A stretch of 64,000 nucleotides of DNA from Octopus sinensis. Lineage: Eukaryota. The translations under genes were made by a program, and so were the position numbers. Location of the stretch: contig NC_042997.1 in the NCBI RefSeq assembly GCF_006345805.1, positions 177,568,001-177,632,000 of the forward strand. Reading direction: 5' to 3'. The notes beneath the pieces are model-generated. The model made no database searches. It was not told where the DNA came from and was given only the letters and a program-made list of their open reading frames with translations. Positions 52,458 through 64,000 of this stretch are shown one piece after another; within the stretch, counting starts at the first letter, position 1; each line of letters opens with the position of its first letter.

Positions 52458-53659
52458 CAGTAGCGGCCATAGTATAAGGGTTAGTAAGAACAAGTGTATT
52501 GAAATATTTATTATTAAAGATTAACAAAACATTGAGACTAGATATTTTACACATATTCAGATACATCTAATATCTATTTTTCGCGAAACTTTAAAGTGAA
52601 TGGAATAAATATTTCATAAGTTATGAGGAAATAAACAAATAATCTTCCAAACTGCAACAGCCAAAAGTTAAGAGTCACTTAGAAAACATGAACTACTAAC
52701 CGAGGTATTTCTTGCTTAGAAGACTGATTCTGGGCTAACAGTTACTTCTTATGATCTTACAATATTGGAACATTCAAATGTCAACATGGTGGCTTGTGAG
52801 AGACGACTGGTGTTCTGTGATGAAAAAGTATTGTGTGCTTCCACAATTGGGCAAGTCAAATTCTATGATAACAACTACTGTAGGAAAGTCTAGAAGTGTT
52901 ATGCAACGAATTGTAGCTCGTTTTAAATTATAAGGATCGACAGATGCTAAACCCCAAACCGGTAGACCGTAAAATTTTACCAAGACAGGATCGTATTATG
53001 GTCAGAATGTCACTGAAGGATAGGTTTAAGAATGCTGCTGATATATCTCGGGAGTTTAGCTCTACTTCCGTTGTCAACGTATCGTGCAAAACAAATTCTT
53101 ATACAGCATTCCCTTCCACATCTCTGATCTTCGTGCAGGACAACTCTCCCTGTCACACTGCGAAGAGAGTCAAAGATTTTTTGAATGATGAAGGGGTTGA
53201 TCTCATGGACTGGTCACCTCAAAGTCCAGATCTCAACCCTATAGAAAACGCTTGGAAGATTATTGGATAAGGGACGCGTAGGAGAAGTCCAAAGAACCAA
53301 GATGAACTCGATATTATTCCATCATGTTGCAAGAAATTAATGCAGTCCTGTGATAACATATGTCAGGAGGTCGTTGATAGTAAAGGGACGTTCACAAAAT
53401 ATTAATAGTAAGGGTTTCTTTTTTGTTCATTTTTCTAAGTGACCCTTAACTTTGGCCGTTGCAGTTTGGAAGATTATTTGTTTATTTCCTTATGACCTAC
53501 GAAATATTTATTCCATTCACTTGAAATTTTCACGAAAAATATATATTAGATATATCTAAAATATCTGTATGATATCTAGTCTCAACGTTTTGTTAATCTT
53601 CAATAATAAATATTTCAATACATTTGTTCTTACTGACCCTTATATTATGGCAGCTACTG
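52458..53659 (+). mobile_element. Tc1-family transposon with ~230-bp TIRs and an internally deleted transposase pseudogene
   Basis: TIRs at 52458-52689 and about 53430-53659 (CAGTAGCGGCCATAGTATA / TATATTATGGCAGCTACTG). HTH-like GKSRSVMQRIVARFKL*GS...GRP, RQDR, and catalytic IFVQDNSPCHTAK...DWSPQSPDLNPIENAW. Confidence 0.95.
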
Positions 53660-53673
53660 TCTATGTGAGAGTG

Positions 53674-53736
<63 letters not shown>

Positions 53737-53855
53737 GTTGTCAATTGTGCAACATGACAGTCACTACATAAACCGGATGATTGAGTAACGCATGAATATA
53801 AATAATACCACGTGAAAATCAGACTTGGTTGGAATTTCATTCATTAACATCTAAA

Positions 53856-53930
<75 letters not shown>

Positions 53931-54181
53931 GTATACATACACAGATATCTATATGCATATATGTATATGAATAATGTATTATGTATATATGCAGCAGTGC
54001 ATATATACATACTTGCAGTATCCTACCAAGAAATGATAACTAGTGGTTGTTTTACTATACTGTAAGCTCAATATTAAGTACCCAACCAGTCCTGGCGACC
54101 TACTTGTTGATGTGCCTAGATTCTAATGAATTCTATAACTAATCTCCCTCACTCACTCTTTCACTCACTCTCTCGTTCTCT

Positions 54182-54222
<41 letters not shown>

Positions 54223-54321
54223 ATCAAGTACAATATATAATCAAGTACAAACTATATTGAATAATTAACTTCAGGTGACTTTGTTTCTGGTATATTGATT
54301 TCGTTAAGCATTGATCTCGCC

Positions 54322-54371
<50 letters not shown>

Positions 54372-54921
54372 AGGTAGTGGTGATGATGGTGTTGTCGTTG
54401 GAGATATTAAAGGATTGCGTAACTAGGCATAAAATTGCCGAATTGATATGCTGGATTATAGAGAAGAGGCTGCTTGCGTGCGTGTATATTTGCGTGCACG
54501 TGTGAGTATGTGTGTGCTTGTATGTGTGTGTGTGTTTGTATGAATGCGTATGTGTGTGTTTGTGTGTGTGTGTGTGTGTGATTGTGTATGTGCTTGTGTG
54601 CGTGTCGAAAAACCAAGTCAATTAAACTTGCTAGATGAAGCACAAGTAGCCGTTAACTAAATCCAAAATTGTCAAAACCGGCTCCAGTTAAATTGGAATC
54701 CACAGCAGTAAAGTTCCGATTTAGCTACAGTAGTAACATATAATTTAGCATCGCAATGACAGATTGATGAAGTCGGCAAATTTTGATAAGGTCGTACGTC
54801 ATGGGAAAACGAGAATATAGACGTTTTAAGAAAAGCTCTTCGTCGATGAGAATGCATTTTTGAAAGCTCGTAGTCACACTTAGTCTTGTGCATGTAAAAT
54901 AATGTTACGAGGTTAATGTAA

Positions 54922-55322
54922 CTGTTTTACTTGTTTCAGTCATTTGACTGCGGCCATGCTGGAGCACCGCCTTTAGTCGAGCAAATCGACCCCAGGACTT
55001 ATTCTTTGTAAGCCTAGTACTTATTCTATCGGTCTCTTTTACCGAACCGCTAAGTGACGGGGACGTAAACACACCAGTAATGGTTGTCAAGCAATGTTGG
55101 GGGGGGGACAAACACAGATACACAAACATATATACACACACATATGTATATATATATATACATATATACGACGGGCTTCTTTCAATTTCCGTCTACCAAA
55201 TCCACTCACAAGGCTTTGGTCGGCCCAGGCTATAGTGGAAGACACTTGCCCAAGGTGCCACGCAGTGGGACTGAACCCGGAACCATGCGGTTCATAAGGA
55301 AGCTACTTACCACACAGCCACT
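54922..55322 (-). mobile_element. Full-length, well-preserved SINE group C
   Basis: Minus strand TGGCTGTGTGGTAAGTAGC...GGTTCAGTCCCACTGCGTGGCACC through CAGTCAAATGACTGAAACAAGTAAAA. Confidence 0.95.
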
Positions 55323-56867
55323 ATAAGCAATAAACAATTAACATTACGAAAAAAAAAATGGTGTTACTCAAAGTAAACACATTCTCGTCTCTAATTCAAA
55401 TCTATAAACTTTACAAGCGGTTATTACCGACATAGAGTATTACCTGTTTCTTCTGGATTTTAAGTTGTTATTATATAGACAGCTACACAGGGCAACGACC
55501 ATTGCGCAATTCTACTAAAAGCATATATCACTTCCGTATGTATGCAGCTGTGTGTGATCTACGGCACCCCGAGAGACTTTTCAAATGTATTAAAACTGGG
55601 AATAGTTTTAAATTTATATAAATTGGATTACGCAAACTGTGATTCTCGTTAGAAAATATAACTTGAGAATCTTTGTTTAAAACGATGGTTTTAGCAAATA
55701 GCTGAACCTTCAGGCGCTGCTAGCTGAAGCTCACCTAAGTGACCCGAGGCCGGGTTATTATAAACAATTTATGCATTACACATTGTAAATGCATAAAGTA
55801 TAAATTAATTGAAATATGAAATTTGGATATTTTATATATCAGTATTATTAAAAGAGTTTAAGTTTATATCATTTTGATGGTATGATAGTCATTATATACA
55901 CGGCGTTGACAAACATTTCCAGTATAATAACGTTTCGAAAAAAATATTTGTATGCATGCATACATACATACATACATACATACATACATACATACATACA
56001 TACATACATACATACATGGTTGGCATCCTTTCTGTCTCGGGAGACAATGGAGTTGCGCATAAAGTAGTCTAGTCCGGCTTTTATATTTCATGTCCTGATA
56101 CATTTCCTGCTGTGGCTGTGTAGTCATACATACATACATACATGTACAGTCAAGTTTTCGGGGGGTTTGATACTATATCTCTAAAGGGTAAACGACAAGT
56201 AAATGACTAAGGGTCACATAAATCGAAACGCAGAACGCACAAATAGAAAGAATTAACCAAACCATAAAATTTAAATACTTAACAAAGCACTCTTGTTCCA
56301 TATTCATTATTAACCTTTGGAGAAGTGATGTGCTGGTGTGACTTCATATGATTAAATAAAATTTACAGCTTTCGTATTTCGATTGAACGCTATATCGATA
56401 TATTATTGATACAGAAATATTCACAGAAAGAATGGATACATTTTCACGTAGGTCATTAATGCATGTTCAACAAGATGGTGTCACAATGCATTTACTTAAT
56501 ATACCTTAATGCTGTTCTTGTAACGGTAACTGTTCAAATAATTACCACCGTTATATAATATTATGGAATATTATATATAATATCCCACTGAACAAACAAT
56601 AATTAGCGACAAATTTTTATAATGATATTCCAATACTACCCAAGGCCAAAGAGTCAGAATCAATATATAGAGAATGCGTTAAAATTATCCATTTGCGACA
56701 ATCTATTAATCGCCACAATCTTTACACCAAAGTGGAAGATAGTAATAATTGGAATGCATAAATACAAAACAAACTGCAACGATAATTCTTCGATGTGACA
56801 TCCTGATAATGGGGTCATTTAACCTTGGAACGTCAATATGTTCTGTTATGTTATGGTATGTATGTAT

Positions 56868-57151
<284 letters not shown>

Positions 57152-57940
57152 GAATATTTACGCATTGAATATTAAATTATAATAATGTATCTAATATTTT
57201 CAATATCCTATACATCTAAATAATGAATATGTTTTTAAAGATGTTTTATATAATATTTCTAGCATCTGGCTTTCAGACGAAGGTTAAAAACAAAAAGAGT
57301 ATGCTTTAAGAAATATCTTCATAATATTTTTTACAAAAAGAAAAGGGAATTCACTTATTATTCAAAATTATCAAATGCCAAACAGAATAAATTGGAATTC
57401 CATACGAAATAGGATAATTGGAGATTAAATATTGATTCTGCACAGGAAAGTATGAAAACCTTAGAAATGGATAATGGTCCACTTGTTCTTTCCGTGACTG
57501 TAGGATATTTTCTACAGCTGTTTAAAACAAATGAGAGAGTGGTAGTTATGTTAAAGGTAAAATTGGTAATTATTCTGAGAACAGTCGCTTGATTTCTGCG
57601 GATTAATTATAGTTAGGAGCTAGACAGAATGCAGCTGTTGACGTTGTTGCTGTTGTTGTTATTTTTGCTGTAGTTGTTGTTGTTGTTGTTGTTTATTGTT
57701 GTTGTTGCTTAACGCTGGTAATCTCTGACTAATTTGATCTACATTCAAAGGCGTTCGAGTCTTGAGCATTTAGTTTTTATTTCAAGCACAGTGTATCTAG
57801 GACTACGTCACCCAATATGTAGAATAGCACGTGATTTGAGAAAATATTGGTCGCTATTTCTAACAGGCCACTGCGTTGGCTCGTAATTATCGCGGTCTCA
57901 TAAGAAAATATATCGCTCTCTTGGCTATAATATATGACAT

Positions 57941-58355
57941 CTTAAGGCGGCGAGCTGGCAGAAATGCTTAGCGAAATGCTTAGCGATATTTCGTCTGCGT
58001 TACGTTGTGAGTTCAAATTCCGCCGAGGTCGACGTTGCCTTTCATCCTTTCGGGGGTCGATAAATTAAGTACCAGTTACGCACTGGGGTCGATGTAATCG
58101 ACTTAATACCTATGTCTGTCCTTGTTTGTCCTCTCTGTGTTTAGCCCCTTGTGAGTAATAAAGAAATAGGTATTTCGTCTGCCGTTATATTGTTGTGAGT
58201 TCAAATTCCACCGAGGTCAACTTTGCCTTTCATCTTTTCGGGGTCGATAAATTAAGTACCAGTTACGCACTGGGGTCGATGTAATCGATTTAATCCCTTT
58301 GCCTGTCCTTGTTTGTCTACTCTATGTTTAGCACCTTGTGGGTAGTAAAGAAATA
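57941..58355 (+). mobile_element. SINE A head plus two tandem 184-bp units, flanked by one 15-bp TSD
   Basis: TATAATATATGACAT at 57926-57940 and 58356-58370. Confidence 0.95.
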
Positions 58356-59061
58356 TATAATATATGACATTTAGAGTTAAAAGTTCTCTAATGTATCGGA
58401 ATTGTCAAAGACATTGAATGTATATAAGATTAGCTACACAAATGTGTCTCTGGGAAATCTAATATGACGGGTAGGTTTCTTATAACAATATTTGATATTT
58501 TCTGGCATGTGAATCTGATGACCAAAATGCCTACCTGTGACCGCCTTCCACATTTCGTTTCTCTTATCTTATACCAATGCAACTTAGTCTCTCTCCTGCC
58601 CTACCCCACCTCTCTCTCTCTCTCTCGCTCGCTCTGAAACACACTTTGCTGTGTCCCAAAGAACGGTTTTGTCCTCATTGTTTTCCTCCTGATGATCTCA
58701 CATCTTCACCGGTAAAACCTGAATGGCAACATTTGAGATGTTAGTGTTACTACACATAAACATCCTAGACCGTATTCACCCAAACTCCACGTTGCTGATT
58801 CACAGCTGCTATGGTCTTCAAAGTGTTTTAATTAGCCATGGCCTTCAAACTACATACAAACAGTTTTCATGTTTTCCATTTTATCGTGGCTTCGTCAAGA
58901 GAAGGAAGAGCATGTCCAAATGCATTCGTAATCTCTCAAAACTGATGAAATCAATGTAATCTAGGTTCAGTAAAATGCGGATGGGAGAGAGTTCCAGTGG
59001 TAGGTGCCGTTGTAGTAACAACAAAAGATGCAGATAGATAGTTAGATGGATAGATAGATAG

Positions 59062-59095
<34 letters not shown>

Positions 59096-59689
59096 AATGA
59101 TAGAGGGGAGAAGAAGGAGGAGGAGATAGAGAGAGAAGGAGGGAAAGGAAGAGAAGAAAAAGATAAACCGTCTACCCTCTCTGGGCAAGAAATTGAAGTG
59201 TGTTGGTATGAAGGTTTTTGTCAGTAAGTCAGATGTTCTACTAGAGGAGGTCTGTGATGTTTGAGCGTGTAGAAAAAACATTATACGAGATATATGAACT
59301 GTCGTCGTATGTGGATTCTATACAAAATTTGTAGAGAGTCTGCAAATAATTAGAACTGTACTTTATGGCCTTGAAGAGAGGCTAGTTTAAAGGACGCAGA
59401 TATTTTGGCACAAGCCATTTATACGGAAGGACAGGCTACGAAGGATATAAAATGAGACAGTATATAAATATATTATTACAACTCTTCACGTTGACATAAA
59501 GTTGCTTATTTACCACCATCTGAGAATAATAAAGTTAAGTTACAAGTGACCCGTTTTGACAGAAAATTAACAGAGGTGAGCTGAAAATTTATTGAAAACA
59601 AAAAAAAAAATTCTTCCAAATTAGAAGTAGAAACTTGTTGAAGACTGATTAATAACTTTCGTAAATTTATATGAGAGATAAGTGTGAAA

Positions 59690-60430
59690 ATAAACACCTT
59701 CTGCCTTCACATATTAATAACTTTTCTCGAAAACTATGGCAAGCACAGAGAAGTTTCACTCGACTGTTATGTTAATACAAGAAGGGAAAAATGCTTGTTT
59801 GAACATTAGAATGATGATTGTTAATGTTTGATGTTAGAAACCAAATGAATTTTACGAAATACAAACACAAAAATCAGAATCCCAAATATATCAAATCAAA
59901 AAGGAAATCTCTAATTACAACCGACTGCCTTAAAAAAAGGACACATTAGACATAATATCTCGGTAAATAAAAGAAAGATTGGTCATATCTAAAACATCTT
60001 TTATCATAGATCAAGGTTAGTCTGGGATTTACAATAATATTTATAAAGAAAAGAAAATATAGTTTTATTATCTCGTTTTCTTATTTCCTTATTTCTGTTC
60101 CAAATATATCTTTGATAAAGTTACGTTTCACAAAATTTGATGTTCTACTCAATCTTTCTCATACACTCTTTAACAAACAATCTTTTTCAGTCTTTGACAA
60201 AGAGGAGAGAAGTCAGAAATAATAACTATGAAACTATATATTTTTTATTACTAGCATTATTTTTCCCATCTTTGGTCTATCATATTTCAAATTTTGTTAC
60301 ATTGCTTCAAATTTTCACATAAAAAAATAAATAAGAATAACACTAAGTAAATGTTTATATGTATGATCAAATGATGTAAACCCTTCTGATGAGACACCAA
60401 TAAGGGTCGAAAATTGATTAAGGTTGTTCA
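59690..60430 (+). mobile_element. Possible highly decayed Penelope-like 3' region ending in a hammerhead-like core
   Basis: Weak motifs LP.HINNFS, K..PKYIKS and HI(Y)KHL; CTGATGAG-ACACCAATAAGGGTC-GAAA at 60386-60412. Confidence 0.35.
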
Positions 60431-61065
60431 TAATTTTTTCAGAGTACAGAGAAATAATTAAAATTGACATGTTTGTATATCTACAAAGTAGGTTCACTTA
60501 TAATTTATCAAACCTTGATAATGTGAGGACTGGGTTTCCCTGTTGACAAGCCTCTGATAATAAATAAAGTGTTTATTACATAAGTGATTAGTTGTTCCAG
60601 TTCTCTGAAGCTACACGATTTGATGTTTATATAAACGGATTGGCCACTCGTTTCTCTGCGTTTGGTTAAGTGATGTAGACACCTCTGAACAAGTCCTAAT
60701 ACGTGTTGAAAATCTATTAAGTCTGTTCGTCATATTTTTTTCAGCTTAGAGAGAAATAGGTAAAGTCGACACATTTCTTTGTTTAGTTTGTAGGTGCTTG
60801 TGTGTATGTACGTATTATATTATATTATGTTATATATTATATATCATATATTACGTATTCACACACATATATACACATTTATATGTACGTTTATTCACAT
60901 ATACGCATTTATACATAGGTTTATTCACATAAATATACGTAGTGGTAATGAACGGTAAAATACTGGTCAACGTATATACGAAAATGTATTTAATGCATTA
61001 GGCTGAGCCGTTTGTTACTACTTGAAGTTTCTGTGCAGTGCAATATTAGGCGTCGTCAGACGACA

Positions 61066-61456
61066 TCTCTCTATATATAATGCTGAAGTTGTCTGTGTAT
61101 AGCAGGTTTGGTAGCCTTCACCTAACACTATCTCCTCTGAGACCCTGCGGCACAAGTTGCCCCAAATTGAAAGTATGATAGAAGAAAGCTTGCTCTTCCT
61201 TCCATAGAAGAAAAATTCAAATCAGACCATGTTAACACCAAAAATTATATACATTAAAAAGGTGCTTTTTTTCTATGAAAATCGCTATTTTTTACGACTT
61301 GTTAACTGCTGTGTCGCCATTTTTTGGTGTATTTCAACAAGAAAAATGTTCACTTAAAGAGAATAACAAGCTACATAAGGCAAAAGTTTTACTTTTCAAA
61401 AATTCTAATTCTAAAGGGTCGAAACAAACCCGAGCAACGCCGGGCGATACTGCTAG
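61066..61456 (+). mobile_element. Non-autonomous Helitron
   Basis: A|TCTCTCTATATATAA start; 3' CCCGAGCAACGCCGGGCGATACTGCTAG, nearly identical to the 32442 terminus. The base after CTAG is C, not T. Confidence 0.8.
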
Positions 61457-61621
61457 CTTATGATAAAAACAAGTCAATATTAATCACAAATGATAAATAA
61501 AATATGATGGAAGTAAACGTGCTCTCCATTGGCTAATCCAGCCATGCTCGACCAGCACGTAAATCAGCATATGAAATCATATTTAAGTTTTCAAGATACG
61601 GAAATATATAAACAAAATACA

Positions 61622-62142
61622 CAGGGTGTCCCCAAAATTTGTACTCACTCTTTGACATCCCAGTACTTATGCATTTTGTGTTCAAATAGATGTTTATTGA
61701 TATACATACAATCCTAAAAAGTTAAATTAAATTCAGGAAAATAAATTATTGTAGAAACGATTATTTATTGTCATTTAAGAATTATTTAATGTTCTCTCTC
61801 ATTCCTACGTGTTCGCAAATGTTCAAACTGCCTTCATTTTCCAAACAAAGCTGATAACATCCAACAATGGATTCGACAGCATTGCCAAACATTTAATTTG
61901 GAAATGCAAGGCATTGTATTCGAATTTCATTTTTCAAATCATCAATTGTCACTGGTTTTGCAGCGTAAACCGTATCTTTGAGATGACCCCATAAAAAAAA
62001 AATCCATTAGCGTGAGGTCTGGGGAACGTGCAGGAAATTCAACGCTTCTTCTCCTCCCACTCCATTTGTTTGGATTTATTGCATCGAGGTAAGCCCGTAC
62101 ATTGTTTGTCAAAGAGCGAGTACATCTTTTGGGGACACCCTG
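61622..62142 (-). mobile_element. Deleted Tc1/mariner element (rosa/maT-like), transposase C-terminus only
   Basis: TIR CAGGGTGTCCCCAAAA..TGTACTC.CTCTTTGAC at both ends, TA on the right. VRAYLDA..KW.GRR.SVEFPARSPDLTLMDFF..GHLKDTVYAAKPVTIDDLKNEI. Confidence 0.85.
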
Positions 62143-62311
62143 TATTTGTGAATCAAAATATGCAAGGGCGCTCACCCAATACCCTCATACACACGCACAT
62201 ACATTCTCTGTATATAAATGTTTATATGTTTTCATAAGTGTATGTGTATGTAAGTATGTATGTGTATATTCGAATATGTATTTTGTAGGTTTAATTGTTA
62301 CGGATAAACTA

Positions 62312-62625
62312 CAGTTGTGGCCAAAAGTTTGGAACAGTTATTTAAAAAATTAAAATTGTTATGCCCAAGTTCAATCCGATTCAAATATAACTTTGGGCAT
62401 TTCGTATAAAAATTCTAATTTTCAGACCTCTAGTCCAAAATTTTGGCCAAGTAATAATATATTGCAAATCAAATATTCGTCACTTTATATGAAAATTCTT
62501 ATTTTCAGACCTATGTTACAAATTTTTGGCCAAGTAAAAATGAACTGCAAATTAGATTTAACTTTAGGCATTTAATATGAAATTATAATTTTCATACCTA
62601 TGTTCCAAACTTTTGGCCATGATTG
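62312..62625. mobile_element. Tc1-type MITE with internal ~85-bp tandem repeats
   Basis: TA|CAGTTGTGGCCAAAAGTTTGGAACA ... TGTTCCAAACTTTTGGCCATGATTG|TA; internal units end in TTTTGGCC near 62447, 62531 and 62618. Confidence 0.75.
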
Positions 62626-62729
62626 TATATTGCTACGCAGATTTTACACTTTCAATTCTGTATTCTGAGTTAGCAATCTTCCACGTTTCCTAGGAAATTC
62701 TCGACCGTTGAGTCACTCTGTTGCTTCTG

Positions 62730-62787
<58 letters not shown>

Positions 62788-64000
62788 GAAGTTTGAAAAC
62801 GCCACTCTATAATATAATTTTAATTTCCTGATAGATTTTACGTTTCGGTTGTTCTTGAAAAAACGAACCTTATCAAAAGTATTTTTAAAAGTTAAGTGTA
62901 ATAAAAAAGTTCATAATTGTTTCTTACTAGTCTCAACAGAGTTCACGTGGTGGTGTTTTGTGTGTGTGTGTGGGGGGAGGGGATAATGGCTGTCTTGTGT
63001 GTTGACTAGAATCGTTGGCTATTTATGCATATATATATATATATATTGGTAAAAACGGTAAGATAACATATATATATATGCACTCATGTTTTGAGTTCGA
63101 CTTTTCCTTTACATCGCGAATCCTATACGTGCACGCACACACACTCACAGACACATACATATATACATACATACATACACATACATATGCATATATACAT
63201 ATGTGCATATACATATACACATGTACACCTATATGCATACACACAAGCACACGTACGTACGTACACTAATGAATATGCAAATTATACCGTTAAAGAAACA
63301 TTTTAAAAAATAAGACGAAAGAAAAGATAGAATAATTTAAACAATTATACAGTTGTATGACATAATGCCTTTTTATAAAGGATGGCATAAAGGAAAGGTG
63401 ATTGAAATAATTTAATGAAACACGTGATGACCCGCAATGGGGAAAAGGCAAGAGAGTTATGAGAACAAGAGTTAAATTGTTACTAAAATAATGCCACATA
63501 ATGCTTCCTGGTAGTAAATGTTACATATGATAATATAGAAAGAGAGGGATATTAATCAGATGTTAGTTATTCGCTGAAATAGCTCTCGGAAATCTAAATA
63601 TTCGTGGCCTGATCGCAAGCTCAAGCACCCAGGTGGAGCCACTGGTAGAAGTTTCGCAGGCTAACTCACTACTGTATATGTGCAGTGGCTTGGAATTTTG
63701 AATAAATGAATACCTTTTCTGATTAGATGCAATATGTCAGGTTTTCTGTGATCTAGCTGATACTATTGTCTATTGATGAGTTCTTCACCTACTCCTAAGT
63801 TATCAATTTCCTCCTTTGTATACGTATGTGACATGCTCATTTCTCATTTTACTGTTTAACAAGTATTGTCTGTGAGATACTTTTTATCTGACCATATACC
63901 GCTGCCCCCTTCTCTATGCCAAGCATAGTTTCTGCTTGCCAGTGTTGAAGTTACCATTGGGGATTAATATCATCTAAGTCATGGTTTCTAAGTTGCAGAT

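Noticed and set aside
58880-59020. HWNSLPS on the minus strand, a CR1/L2-like 3' motif
   Set aside because: A single short motif without supporting flanks.

Overview
This is AT-rich eukaryotic DNA saturated with microsatellites ((TA)n, (CA)n, (CTAT)n, (CATA)n, (AAT)n, (CTA)n). The repeat landscape looks like an Octopus/coleoid cephalopod intron or intergenic region; that is inferred from recognising the SINEs, not from a search. I found no confident host protein-coding gene, and almost all ORFs in the supplied track are microsatellite translations. What can be supported is a dense set of transposon relics: RTE and R4/Dong-type LINE fragments, Penelope (GIY-YIG) fragments, internally deleted mariner/Tc1 elements with TIRs and TA target sites, hAT and Tc2-like MITEs, two non-autonomous Helitrons, at least three tRNA-derived SINE groups (about 35 copies, several with TSDs) and a 1.3-kb minisatellite with higher-order structure. 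The most interesting signals are: (1) several minimal hammerhead-ribozyme motifs with palindromic stem III, the one at 15509-15593 (minus strand) having an intact catalytic core; (2) combinatorial shuffling of SINE middle and tail modules; (3) a tandem SINE dimer flanked by a single TSD; (4) a pre-miRNA-sized hairpin; (5) a perfect 148-bp palindrome. All alignments were done by eye, so boundaries are approximate unless a TIR or TSD is quoted.
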